64,000 bases of DNA from the NCBI RefSeq assembly GCF_964204645.1, contig NC_134035.1:1116001-1180000 (forward strand). The letters are read 5' to 3'. The translations under genes were made by a program, and so were the position numbers. The stretch is from Tubulanus polymorphus. Taxonomy: Eukaryota; Animalia; Nemertea. Position 1 is the stretch's first letter, and each line of letters starts with the position of its first letter. The notes beneath the pieces are model-generated. The model saw only the letters and a program-made list of their open reading frames with translations, did not search any database and was not told the origin of the DNA. Shown here piece by piece: positions 12,448-31,889 of this stretch.

Positions 12448-15400
12448 ACAATTTGAACTTGAACATACGGAAGCGATGAGGCTCCGAATCTTCCCAAAAA
12501 CGAAAGTGAAATTGTACAACTTAACTATTTTTCTCTCACAAGCCCGCCACACCTGGCAAACCCCAAAACCTGCCGAACTGAGTGAGTCTGAGGAGATGAA
12601 AGAACTATTTAACACAACGAACGACAAAAAACCCTCAGAGATTATTTCTATTGTCCGCTTACCACGTCAGATAAGAAACGATCGAGCCCTGGCAAGCGAG
12701 GAAAAGGTCCCGTTTTGCTATGGCAAACGAGACCAATTTTTACACACATGTCTAATACATATCGATACAAGAAAAGAACGAAAATGAATTCCAACTTACC
12801 CCTCAGTTTGATGACACGAATCACTAAAATTAATCAATGTTCTATTTGGTTGAAGATGGTGACGCTTAGAACTCAGGGCCGTACTTAGCGGGGGAGTTTA
12901 GTCCTATCTTATTACCATATGGAAAATCCCACGTATATTCATCTTGGTCAGTCAATATCATCCTGAATCTCTGCTAATTTAAACTGCACACGGTCCACAC
13001 ACGGTAGATATTCTCCCAAATCCTTCCGTGTCGTAAGGCAGTATATAAGTTTAAGTTTAAGTGTATATGTATTTATCCGAGTGATTCGTGTATAGAATGT
13101 ATATAGGTTAATCGCGTCTGTCCCGGTCACGGTTCCATTGAGTCGAACGTGATGGAACATTGTTCAAATATGAAACTTCAACCTCCAAACGACGTTGATA
13201 AACATAAAATTAATGTTGAATCATAATTGCATTGAAGTATTCACCATGTCTAGACAATTCCTTGAAGGGTTTCAACTAGCAGATTTCCACCAGCACCACA
13301 GTGGTCAAGATGGCGAAAAGGGAATAAAATCAGGGCTTTCCCAGGTTCGAATCCAATCTAGAACTCATGCGGATTCAGGGCCGGATATCCCATGTTCGAA
13401 GACCCTAATCACTCCGCTTATGCTTAACTGTAACAGCTATCTTTTGTCCAAAATTGAAAACAAAAATCCAAAACCAAATCTAAGATTTATAATATACTGT
13501 TTTTTATTTAGTATCAAAATTAAGAAAGATTTTTGGTCGATTTTCTTCAGTTGTCAACCGTAAAATATGTGTCTTTTTTAACACTTGTTTACTTTAAAAA
13601 TAGATGCTCAATATTCAAAGAATTAAATTCTTCCTTTAACTAACCACATCTTTTTTTCTTGAGACTCAACATTAATGCAGATATCGATTCATAGCAGCCC
13701 GGAGCCTGCCTCCCTCGGCCCGGGTTTTGCAGCCCCTCAGACACTCAATACATTGCCGATATCCTTCTTCTAATGTTTGATCGTAAAGAATTCTCTCGAA
13801 TAATTAGTTTGTAATCAAATACAGTAGACGTCACTCAAGATCAACTCGATGTTGGTTGAAATATTTTTTGTAACACTATTCATGAAATCAGATCGGATCA
13901 CTCAAGTCGGGCACATTTTTGCAGCCCCAAATGTTCGACTTGACCCGAGTCTACTGTACTTGTTTCGAGGATGATGAGATATCACCTTGCCTCATTAGAC
14001 ATTAGTCATCTATCAACACGCTTTAAAATCATCCAGACTTCACAGTTTTATGTTCAACGAGAACACTCCAGGTCTTGCACACTCCAGGACTGGGTGTAAG
14101 TAAGACAGTGAAAAGGGCCAAAAGAGGGCGCTGATTCCAGGCTGCAGATCGATAGCTACATAAGACGAATTCACACGCACAAAATGCTTACAAAGTTAGT
14201 TTATAATTTGCAAATGGTTTTCAGAGACAAAAATATATAAATATATACACATTAATAATTGTGGTCGATATAGGTATTGGTAAAATGAACGAATCGAACA
14301 TTTAAACATTAAAACAGTCACCATATCTGTACATTACTAACATCAAAATAGAAACAAAACATTTGATAAAAATCCCAAGGAGGAGGGTGGTTCAGAGGGG
14401 TAGCCATCTTGAGCTACCAGCTTGTTTCGGTGAAACAGATAATGTCTATATATTCCAAAATTATATGGTTAGAAACATCATCCCACCAGCCCACACCACA
14501 GTAGCCGGGAAAACTGAAATATCTACCTACGCAGAACGCCTAATTAGATGAATTAATTTTTACGATTTCCGAGGAATTCTTCACAAAAACGTAACACATT
14601 TTTAAAACATGAAACACTATACAATACTCTCGTATAAACGTAATCAAAAACACCGAAAGAAACCCGCATTACATCAACCAAACAGCGTGTAACAAAACAA
14701 TACATCTTCAGGGCCGAGACAAACCTGTTGATTTCAGGTAAAGTTTGTTACATGTTTCTAGATGAAAGTCGAGCGCAAATTAACTAAATCTTGAGTTGAT
14801 AGAATTTTCCTATTGACACGCATGCCAACTGGAGGGGTGGCATCCACTGGGTACCCGACTGAAACCCATCCGAAGCAAAAAACTGCCGAACCGTGGCTCG
14901 TGTAGCGTTTAATAAAAAGAAAAAAATCTGAATACCACAAGAGAATTATTGTACATACTATTATCTATAGTACTCACGCAGTGTAGTGGTCATACTAGTA
15001 GTACGGTGTGAGTGTGCGTGCTAGCGTGTGCGCGCATACTAGTAGTACGGTGTGAGTGTGCGTGCTAGCGTGTGCGCGCATACTAGTAGTACGGTGTGAG
15101 TGTGCGTGCTAGCGTGTGCGCGCATACTAGTAGTACGGTGTGAGTGTGCGTGCTAGCGTGTGCGCGCATACTAGTAGTACGGTGTGAGTGTGCGTGCTAG
15201 CGTGTGCGCGCATACTAGTAATACGGTGTGAGTGTGCGTGCTAGCGTGTGCGCGCATACTAGTAGTACGGTGTGTGTGCGTGCTAGCATGTGCGCGCATG
15301 TATTAAATATGGGAGATCGACGGTGTTCCGTGCGTTCGAGCACACGCTTTTGAATATTAATTAAGAAAAATGGTAATTCCACAAATCCACATACAGAGTT

Positions 15401-18400
15401 CCACACCTCCTGGAGTCCACCAATGACTGTTTTTTATGAGTATCAATCTACTTTAGTCCGGTTAGTTGACTATATAGTCCAGTTAGTTCACATATAGTCT
15501 GGTTAGTTCACTAGAAGTCCAGTTAGTTTCACTAGTAGTCCGGAAGAAGTTGACTGAAGAGAAGTGATAAATTTCAGATGAAGTCCACCACGTCCAGTAT
15601 TCATGATGAAGTTTACACCACAGCCCGACAGAGGAAAACCTGAAATACTAAAATTGAAATCACATTAACAGGGAGACTGACTGAGAGGTTGAGGGAGGAT
15701 GGGATGAGAGGTTGGGGGAGGATGGGGTGATGAGGTTGGGGAGGATGGGGTGAGAGGTTGGGGGAGGATGGGTGAGAGGTTGAGGGAGGATGAAGTGAGA
15801 GGTTGGGGTGAGGTTTAGGGAGGATGGGGTGAGAGGTTTGGGGTGAGGTTGAGGGAGGATGGGGTGAGAGGTTGAGGGAGGATGGGTGAAAAGTGATGCA
15901 AAACAGTACAATTACTCTGACATAGTAAAGGCTTAAGCAAAAGTTTTCAGCAGTTTTCAGTCACGCTGGATTAACAGATTCTCGTTTTACACAAGAGCCC
16001 AGCCTGTGGCAGTGGGAGAAAGCTGGTGTAACTAACTGGTCGAGTCAGCTGGTGTTAACCTGCTGAACAAGATGTGGTAGAAAAGAGGGACGAGGAAGTA
16101 ACAGGAAATTGTAAGAACAGTTCATCAACAAGATTTGTGAAACTATCGCCTGCACCATGTGCAATGCAACCGGCTAGGGTAGTGCGGCCCGTGTAGGCTA
16201 GAAAGTGGTTTTTGACACCGAGTGAGGTCCCTGTTAGTCTAATACCTAGCCGTCGTTACCCAAACAACCCGAAGCCCGTAGTAACAACGACTGACTGATT
16301 CAGAATAAATTTAGTAGGTCCCTCACCTGCTCACTGTGTCGTGACGTGTCTGCGCCGAAGTCAACTGGAGTGAGGTCCCCGAGGACCTGAAATATCACAA
16401 ATTCTTGTCTTTTTACCCAATATCAAAATTCGTACATTTAAAATCATCGTGGCTTTAAAGTCTTTATCAATTGAGGGAATAGTTCACTGTAAATAAAGAA
16501 TTAGCGATTGAATTGAGCCCGCTCCACAGTAAAAATAGCGCGATCAATTCAATCTCGACCGTCTAGTGCTGCCGCTATGTATAACGATAGCGTGGAAAGC
16601 GTGAACTAACATCATACTCGCTCGCCAGAGTCTTCGAACGGCAGTAGTGGACGAACTAATTACCGATTCGCGGGCCGGATTCCGAGGAAAATTCTCAAAC
16701 TCTGAAAACTGCACTGAAACGTTTGAACCAAACAAATTTTCTATAAAAGAATAAGCCTTAAAAGAGTAAATTTGAATCGGGGTATTTCTAGTATGGTCTG
16801 GGAGAGAGCGACAGGTGTTTGTATGTTCCCTGATTATTTGCGCCCAATTAGAATACATCGAAGAAAAAATATGGACATTTTGTCAATTCAGATGATAAAT
16901 TATCATTCAAAAATGTAAATGAATAAGTTATTCTGTATATAAATATTATATTAATTGATAAGTAAGTGAATTTTAGCTAAAAAGAATTCAATATGTTACC
17001 TAAAAAATAAGGAAATATCATGCAAAATTCAGAACGTATTCATAGTATCATATTTAATCAGAATTAGGCGCCACACTGGTCTGTATTGTACGTAATAAGG
17101 AAATTTAAATTCCGGCGGTAAATATGCACCACTATTTTAGTTCACAGAAATTCCGCTATCGTAATTCATAGGGGCAGCACTGTACGGTAGATATCTAACT
17201 CAGCCTCGCCATCTTACTGTGGCATGCGAGTAATACAGATATTTTTCTTAGCCGAATTTCGTTCAATGTTTAATATGAGTCCATTGTATATAAATAATTC
17301 TACTATTGTTTTAGGTTTTTCGAAGGGGATCATCTTTTTAAAACGAATTTCAAACTATTTTTGATAGAACTCTTTTGTCTGCGGAATGTACTAGTATCCG
17401 GTAAAGCGGTAGGCTCACCTGCCAAAGGAAGAATTTCAAGCAAATTAAATATTATTCTCTAAATAGTGCATTCAACTACCACTAATTCACTGTAACCAGA
17501 AAAGAATGTTCTGAAACTATTAAAGAAACAATTTTCTATGAAAAAATAAAGCTTAAGAGTAAATTTGAATCGGGGATATTCCTAGTTTCGTCTGGGAGAG
17601 AACGACAGGTTCTAGATGCCAGGAGCATTTTTTTTCAGTTGCCCCGTTTTTAGTTCAAACACAACCAATCGGTAGTGTCACATATTTAGTCCTCGTGGAC
17701 ATAAAGTTCCCTATAAGTGAAGTCAAGTTCTCCCAATATGTGTTCGTTTGTTTGTTTATCCTCTCGGTGAGTTCTAACGCTGCCCACACATATTTATCCA
17801 GTTCATCTGATGTAGGTCCTGATCAACAAACAAAAAAGTCAATATATAGTTCCTAATGATGACAAACTCCTAAAAAAATATACACGAAACTTTATAGATT
17901 TGAGGCCACCAGTCAAACATACAGAGTTAGAGTTAAGTCTAATTACCGGTGTATCAGAGAAATGGCAATCTGAGGTAGGCTACTCAACAAAATGAGTGTC
18001 AGGGGTCGAATATTTTTTGTCTCCGATTTCGATGAAATTCAGTATAGACATGTATTATGGGGTGCTGATCACAAATCTGAACGAATTTTTCGGGTCCGAG
18101 GCCCAGAAAATGAGAAATTCGAATTTTTGGGGGACCCCCTAAATTTTCAAAAGGCCTTGGACCCAAGAGTTTTTGAGATATTCGAAATCTGATTTCAGAT
18201 TTGGAATCAGCACCCCTGAAAATATAGAGGACTTAAATTTTAAACAAATCGAAGAGATTCGATTTTTTGGCTAAAAATGGCAAAAATCTAAGGTGTTAGT
18301 CCAGGAGTTTTTTTTCGGCGAAAAATTTTTTTTCTCTAATTCCTTCGAAAATTAGTAGGAATATGTATTCTGAGGTGTAGAATCCGGATCCGTAATCAGA

Positions 18401-20569
18401 TTTTGAATCGGAATTCATCTTCATGAGCAAATAAGGGTTTTAATGGCCAAAATATGCACCCCAAAAATGGGGTACAAAGTCAAAATTTTTTTTTGGCCCA
18501 ATTTTAATGAAATTTTGTGCAGACATGTTTCTTGGGGTGCTGATTACAAATATGAGGTTAGATTTTGGATCTGAAGCTCGTAAAATGAAATATTCAGGAT
18601 TTCGTGTTTCGACCCCCTTAATTTCGTCACAAATTTTGATGAAATTCGGCCCAAAAACGATTTTTATTCAATGAAGTCAAATATGCAATTAATTTTTAAG
18701 GTAGAAATTGATTCTCTTACTAAAACCCTGGATTATAATTCCTGCAACACAATTACAGGCTGCTTCAAATAACCACATTGACAATTCTTATGAAATGTAG
18801 TAAACAGAGTGAGTATCAATCCACTTATAGTCCGGTTAGTTGACTAAATAGTCCAGTTAGTTCACATATAGTCTGGTTAGTTCACTAGTAGTCCAGTTAG
18901 TTCACTAGTAGTGCGGAAGTAGTTGGCTGAAGAAGTAAAACTGTGATAAATTTCACTTGAAGTCCACCACATCCAGTATTTGTGATGAAGTTTACACCAC
19001 AGCCCGACAGAGGAAAACCTGAAATACTAAAATTGAAATCACATTAACAGGGAGACTGACTGAGAGGTCGGGGAGGATGGGATGAGAGGTTGGGGATAAT
19101 GAGGTGATGAGGTTGGGTGAGATTGAGAAAGGATGGGGTTAGAGGTCGAGGGAGGATGGGGTGAGAGGTCGAGGGAGGATGGGTGAAAAGGGAAGCAAAA
19201 CAGTACAATTACTCTGACATAGTTAAGGCTTAAGCAAAAGTTTTCAGCAGTTTTCAGGCACACTGGATTAACAGATTCTCGGTTTACACAAGAGCCCAGC
19301 CTGTGGCAGTGGGAGAAAGGCGTTGTTACTAACTGGTCGAGTCAGGGCCGGGCCGGCTTCACTGTTGTGTCGTGACGTGTCTGCGTGCGAAGTCAACTGG
19401 AGTGAGGTCCCCCTGTGCGTCCCTGAGGACATGAAATATCATGAATGCTTATCTTTTTACCTAATATCAAATTCGTACATTTAAAATCATCGTGACTTTA
19501 AAGTCTTCATCAATTGAGGGAATAGTTCACTGTAAATAAAGAATTAGCGATTGAATTGAGCCCGCTCCACAGTAAAACTAGCGCGATCAATTCAATCTCG
19601 ACCGTCTAGTGCTGCCCCTATGTATAACGATAGCGTCGAAAACGTGAACTAACATTATACTCGCTTGCCAGAGTCTTCGAACGGCAGTAGTGGACGAACT
19701 AATTACCGATTTGCGGGCCGGATTTCGAGGAAAATTCTCAAACTCTGAAAACTGCTCTGAAACGTTTGAACCAAACAAATTTTCTATAAAAGAATACGCC
19801 TTGAAAGAGTAAATTTGAATCGGGGTATTTCTAGTATGGTCTGGGAGAGAGCTACAGGTGTTTGTATGTTCCCTGATTATTTGCGCGCAATTAGAATACA
19901 TCGAAGAAAAAATATGGACATTTTGTCAATTCAGATGATAAATTATCATTCAAAAATGTAAATGAATAAGTTATTCTGTATATAAATATTATATTAATTG
20001 ATAAGTAAGTGAATTTTAGCTAAAAAGAATTAAATATGTTACCTAAAAAATAAGGAAATATCATACAAAATTCAGAACGTATTCATAGTATCATATTTAA
20101 TCAGAATTAGGCGCCACACCGGTCTGTATTGTACGTAATAAGGAAATTTAAATTCCGGCGGTAAATATGCACTACTATTTTAGTTCACAGAATTTCCGCT
20201 ATCGTAATTCATAGGGGCAGCACTGAACGGTAGATATCTAACTCAGCCTCGCAATCTTACTGTGGCATGCGAGTAATACAGATATTTTCCTTAGCCGAAT
20301 TTCGTTCAATGTTTAATATGAGTCCATTGTATATGAATAATTCTACGATTGTTTTAGGTTTTTCGAAGGGGATCATCTTTTTTAAAACGAATTTCAAACT
20401 ATTTTTGATAGAACTCTTTTGTCTGCGGAATGTACTAGTATCCGGTAAAGCGGTAGGCTCACATGCCAAAGGATGAATTTCAAGCAAATTAAATTTTATT
20501 TTCTAAAATAGTGCATTCAACTACCACTAACACTGTAACCAGAACAGAAGCCCTGAAACTATTACAATT

Positions 20570-20951
20570 GATGTCCACGCCTGGCAATATTCGTTAGCCA
20601 TTTTTGCCGTGTTTTACTCCGTCATACTTGGAACGATAATGGCGACATATGCATAAAAGTGTACAGACTCGTATCTGGAAGCAGGTCTGGTTCGGGTAGA
20701 GCTGATCCCACCGAATTGATTTTAGCACGTACGTGGGAGTTTGGTGATAAATCTGTGTAATTTATTTTGCTGGCTACCGTTAATCATCGTTCAGTTTTGC
20801 GTCGTATTCGGGGTTCAAATACCGAATCAGGTGGCGGCTTGGCTGGCCGTTCTTTTCTTACTGATTAACTCGTCCCTCAATCCCCTTCTTTACACCATAC
20901 TGACTCGATATGAAATCCATTCGAGCAAAAACTAAACGCTTTCGACATTAA
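20570..20951 (+). pseudogene. GRL101/LGR-like GPCR fragment, third copy
   Basis: CWLP and NSSLNPLLY motifs; extra frameshift after TILT. Confidence 0.8.
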
Positions 20952-23900
20952 ACAATTTGAACTTGAACATACGGAAGCGCTGAGGCTCCGAATCTTCCCA
21001 AAAACGAAAGTGAAATTGTACAACTTAACTATTTTTCTCTCACAAGCCCGCCACACCTGGCAAACCCCAAAACCTGCCGAACTGAGTGAGTCTGAGGAGA
21101 TGAAAGAACTATTTAACACAACGAACGACAAAAAACCCTCAGAGATTATTTCTATTGTCCGCTTACCACGTCAGATAAGAAACGATCGAGCCCTGGCAAG
21201 CGAGGAAAAGGTCCCGTTTTGCTATGGCAAACGAGACCAATTTTTACACACATGTCTAATATATATCGATACAAGAAAAGAACGAAAATGAATTCCAACT
21301 TACCCCTCAGTTTGATGACACGAATCACTAAAATTTATCAATGTTTTATTTGGTTGAAGATGGTGACGCTTAGAACTCAGGGCCGTACTTAGCGGGGGAG
21401 TTTAGTCCGATCTCATTCCCATATGGAAAATCCCACATATATTCATCTTGGTCAGTCAATATCATCCTGAATCTCTGCTAATTTAAACTGCACACGGTCC
21501 ACACACGGTAGATATTCTCCCAAATCCTTCCGTGTCGTAAGGCAGCATATAAGTTTAAGTTAAGTGAATATGTATTTATCCGAGTGATTCGTGTATAGAA
21601 TGTATTATAGGTTAATCGCGACTGTCCCGGTCACGGTTCCATTGAGTCGAACGTGATGGAACATTGTGCATGTATGAAACTTCAACCTCCAAACGACGTT
21701 GATAAACATAAAATTAATGTTGAATCATAATTGCATTGAAGTATTCACCATGTCAAGACAATTCCTTGAAGGGTTTCAACTAGCAGATTTCCACCAGCAC
21801 CACAGTGGTCAAGATGGCGAAAAGGGAATAAAATCAGGGCTTTCCCAGGTTCGAATCCAATCTAGAACTCATGCGGATTCAGGGCCGGATATCCCATGTT
21901 CGAAGACCCTAATCACTCCGCTTATGCTTAACTGTAACAGCTATCTTTTGTCCAAAATGGAAAATAAAAAACCAAAACCTAAGATTTATAATATACTGTT
22001 TTTTATTTAGTATCAAAATTAAGAAAGATTTTTGGTCGATTTTCTTCAGTTGTCAACCGTAAAATATGTGTCTTTTTTAACACTTGTTTACTTTAAAAAT
22101 AGATGCTCAATATTCAAAGAATTAAATTCTTCCTTTAACTAACCACATCTTTTTTTCTTGAGACTCAACATTAATGCAGATATCGATTCATAGCAGCCCA
22201 GAGCCTGCCTCCCTTGGCCCGGGTTTTGCAGCCCCTCAGACACTCAATACATTGCCGATATCTTTCTTCAAATTTTTGATCTTAAAGAATTCTCTCGAAT
22301 AATTAGTTTGTAATCAAATACAGTAGACGTCACTCAAGATCAACTCGATGTTGGTTGAAATATTTTTTGTAACACTATTCATGAAATCAGATATCACTCA
22401 AGTCGGGCACATTTTTGCAGCCCCAAATGTTCGACTTGACCCGAGTCTACTGTACTTGTTTCGAGGATGATGAGATATCACCTTGCCTCATTAGACATTA
22501 GTCATCTATCAACACGCTTTAAAATCATCCAGACTTCACAGTTTTATGTTCAACGAGAACTTTAGTATCTGTCTTGCACACTACAGGACTGGGTGTAAGT
22601 AAAACAGTGAAAGGGGCCTGAAGAGGGCGCCGATTCCAGGCTGCAGATCGATAGCTACATAAGACGAATTCACATGCACAAAATGCTTACAAAGTTAGTT
22701 TATAATTTGAAAATGGTTTTCAGAGACAAAAATATATAAATATATACACATTAATAATTGCGGTCGATAAAGGTATTGGTAAAATGAACGAATCGAACAT
22801 TTAAACATTAAAACAGTCACCATATCTGTACATTACTAACATCAAAATAGAAACAAAACATATGATAAAAATCCCAAGGACGAGGGTGGTTCAGAGGGGT
22901 AGCCATCTTGAGCTACCGGCTCGTTTCGGTGAAACAAATAATGTCTATATATTCGAAAATTACATGGTTAGAAACATCATCCCACCGGCCCACACCACAG
23001 TAGCAGGGAAAACTGAAATATCTACCTACGCAGAACGCCTAATTAGATGAATTAATTTTTACGATTTCCGAGGAATTCTTCACAAAAACGTAACACATTT
23101 TTAAAACATGAAACACTATACAATATTCTCGTATAAACGTAATCAAAAACACCGAAAGAAACCCGCATTACATCAACCAAACAGCGTGTAACAAAACAAT
23201 ACATCTTCAGGGCCGAGACAAACCAGTTGATTTAAGGTAAAGTTTGTTACATGTTTCTAGATGAAAGTAGAGCGCAAATTAACTAAATCTTGAGTTGATA
23301 GAATTTTCCTATTGACACGCACGCCAACTGGAAGGGTGGCATCCACTGGGTACCCGACTGAAACCCATCCGAAGCAAAAAACTGCCGAACCGTGGCTCGC
23401 GTATCGTTTAATAAAAAGAAAAATCTGAATACCACAAGAGAATTATTGTACATACTATTATCTATAGTACTCACGCAGTGTAGTGGTCATACTAGTAGTA
23501 CGGTGTGTGTGCGTGCTAGCGTGTGCACGTATGTATTAAATATGGGAGATCGACGGTGTTCCGTGCGATCGCGCACACGCTTTTGAATATTAATTTAGAA
23601 AAATGGTAATTCCACAAATCCACATACAGAGTTCCACACCTCCTGGAGTCCACCACTGACTGTTTTTTATGAGTATCAATCCACTTTAGTCCGGTTAGTT
23701 GACTAAATAGTCCAGTTAGTTCACATATAGTCTGGTTAGTTCACTAGAAGTCCAGTTAGTTCACTAGTAGTCCGGAAGAAGTTGACTGAAGAAGTAAAAC
23801 TGTGATAAATTTCAGTTGAAGTCCACCACGTCCAGTATTCGTGATGAAGTTTACACGACAGCCCGACAGAGGAAAACCTGAAATACTAAAATTGAAATCA

Positions 23901-25329
23901 CATTAACAGGGAGACTGACTGAGAGGTTGAGGGAGGATGGGATGAGAGGTTGGGGAGGATGGGGTGATGAGGTTGGGGAGGATGGGGTGATGAGGTTGGG
24001 GAGGATGGGGTGAGAGGTTGGGGGAGGATGGGTAAGAGGTTGAGGGAGGATGAAGTGAGAGGTTGGGGTGAGGTTGAGGGAGGATGGGGTGAGAGGTTGA
24101 GGGACAATGGGATGAGAGGTTGGGGGAGGATGGAGTGAGAGGTTGAGGGAGGATGGGGGGAGAGGTTGGGGGAGGATGGGGTGAGAGGTTGGGGGAGGAT
24201 GGGGTGAGAGGTTGGGGGAGGATGGGGTGAGAGGTTGAGGGTGGAAAATCATGAATTCTTATCGTTTTACCCAATATCAAATTCGTACATTTAGAATCAT
24301 CGCGGCTTTAAAGTCTTTATCAATTGAGGGAATAGTTCACTGTAAATAAAGATTTAGCGATTGAATTAAGCCCGCTCCACAATAGAATAGCGCGATCAAT
24401 TCAATCTCGATCGTCTAGTGCTGCCCCTATGTATAACGATAGCGTGGGAAATGTGAACTAACATAATACTCGCTTGCCAGAGTGTTCGAACTGCAGTAGT
24501 GGACGAACTAATTACCGATTTGCGGCCGGATTCCGAAAAAATTCCCAATATCTGAAAACTGCTCTGAAACGTTTGAACCAAACATTTGTTCTATTAAAGA
24601 ATAAGCCTTGAAAGAGTAAATTCAAATCGGGGTATTTCTAGTATGGTCTGGGAGAGAGCGACAGAAAAAATATGGACATTTTGTCAATTCAGATATCATT
24701 CAAAAATGTAAATGAATACTTTATTCTGTATATAAATACTATATTAATTGATAAGTAAGTGAATTTTAGCTAGAAATAATTAAATATGTTACCTAAAAAA
24801 TGAGGAAATATCATGCAAAATTCAGAACGTATTCATAGTATCATATTTAATCAGAATTAGACGACACACCGGTCGACACATAGATGATGCATGCCAGACA
24901 CCAAATGCACCTAATGTTGCCTTTGTGGACATCAAAGTGCCCTTTTGGGATGTGACAAGTTCTTCAAAATTGCTGTCCATGTTTCATTTTAGTGGTATAA
25001 GATGTTAGAATACAGGATATTGACACATTCAAGTTCTGAATTTTATCGATTGATGGCGCTATAGTCAGAACCGTGAATAAGAACCTAAATCCGCCATGTT
25101 TTAGTTCATTTGCGATAAAAAATCACTCGCTTCAAGGTTTTAGCGAGCGTTATTTTGCTTACAGTGCGTCATCACGCGTTATCCTTTCAGTACGACATCC
25201 TCACAATCGGTCGGATGCGATAAAACCTCACTTCAAAGGTTAGAAATCACTATAAATGTCTTAAATTTACCGAAAAAAGCAAATTCAGCGACAACACTGA
25301 CTAGCGTATGACGTCACAGCATCGTCCGC

Positions 25330-30553
<5,224 letters not shown>

Positions 30554-31889
30554 TTTGTCGGGACTTCGACGATAGGAATCTGCGTAGATATCATTTGTGT
30601 AACGAAAGTTACAAAATTTTTTTCTACTGGGTTATTTTCATTTATTCTATACATTGATTAGTAAGACTGGTAGACTATTAATCTTAGTATTTATAGTTAA
30701 CTAGTAAAAACCCACAGTTGATGATATTAAATTGTCTGACGGTTTCGCAGTTTGTCTAAACTCCCAACATCAAAGAAACCAAAATGATTCAATGATACAA
30801 GTTTGTCGTATCACTTTGGTTTTTCTGATGATGGTTTAATGATGAGCGCTTCGATATCAACTGATGAGTTTTTACTCGTCAAATTTTACTCACTGAATAT
30901 TTGTATAGTAACTATTTCACCGGCACGAAAACTGCCCTGAATGAGTAACTTCGATCCCCGACGTTAATAGATAGATATCAGACAGTCGGTATTACAATTT
31001 TTCTATTAGGCGGTAAAACTTGTTTTGTTATTATGAAAACTCGATAACGTTCAATAGCGAAAATATAAAGAAATCTGGGTCGAAAGTCGTTAAAGAGTGA
31101 AAGTAAATTATTCCGACCATTAAAAGAAAAAAGAGATGAATTATGATCGTATTTCTGAAAGGTTTTATAAAGAGAAATCATCGACCCGATGTCAGGTAGT
31201 ACGTGTGTCAAATTCCTCGCTCTGTCTACTCGATTATTTCTATGATGAAAAGAAAGACGTTCCCGGAACGGATGAATTGCAAAGCAGTTCCAAAGAAACC
31301 TATTGAAATTCTGCGCCTAATTTTGTATTTGTGTATATGTATAGACCAGGGCGGATTTAGGGAAGGGGGATTTAGGGGGGCACCGGGACGCGTGTCAGTT
31401 TTCAATGTTGGATGAACAGAGATTGATTTAGGCTCTTTTTCTCTGTTGGTGCTAATGTAAATGTTGCTTCAAAAAAAATCCGGTTCTAGATCTTAAAAAT
31501 TGATCTTTGTGTTGATCCATAACGCAGAAATGGTTTTTGTCAGAATTTTACCGACAAGTTCTGCCTCAGTGAATATAACATTGGCGGTGAATTTGTGAAC
31601 TAACTTATAATTGGGATGTCGCGGAAGCGATTTTGACCGTCAGTGCTACCTCCGAATATAACATTGACGGCTAAATAGTTTATTTTTATACATACGTTAT
31701 TTTTCATTCGCTAGCCTTGCAATATCTGATCGCCCACTTGCCGCCCTTACTTCCCGTAAATCGTGAATTCGAATAACAAGCTTTAAATCACTTCTGCTTT
31801 TCTCAAGAAATAACCGTAATTTGAAATAAAAAGAATTAGGAAGGCTATTATTATTACTTGCTTTTAATTCTATTCGTTTATCGACGAAT

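Larger units (their letters stand above)
1..24874. repeat. Modular head-to-tail tandem array, block 1: short units 1-3058, 3059-6099, 17020-20062; long units 6100-11559, 11560-17019; variant long unit 20063-24812; partial unit to 24874
   Basis: The same landmark segment recurs at 2583, 5624, 11084, 16544, 19587 and 24396 (spacings 3041, 5460, 5460, 3043, 4809). Homology ends abruptly after ACACCGGTC at 24874. The array runs off the window start. Confidence 0.95.

Noticed and set aside
1-24874. Array as a 5S rRNA, U snRNA, SL RNA or histone gene cluster
   Set aside because: No recognisable 5S, U1/U2 or histone sequence found on either strand by eye. A divergent SL RNA cannot be fully excluded without transcript data.
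31345-31395. CAGGGCGGATTTAGGG hAT-like terminus
   Set aside because: No convincing partner TIR or TSD found nearby.
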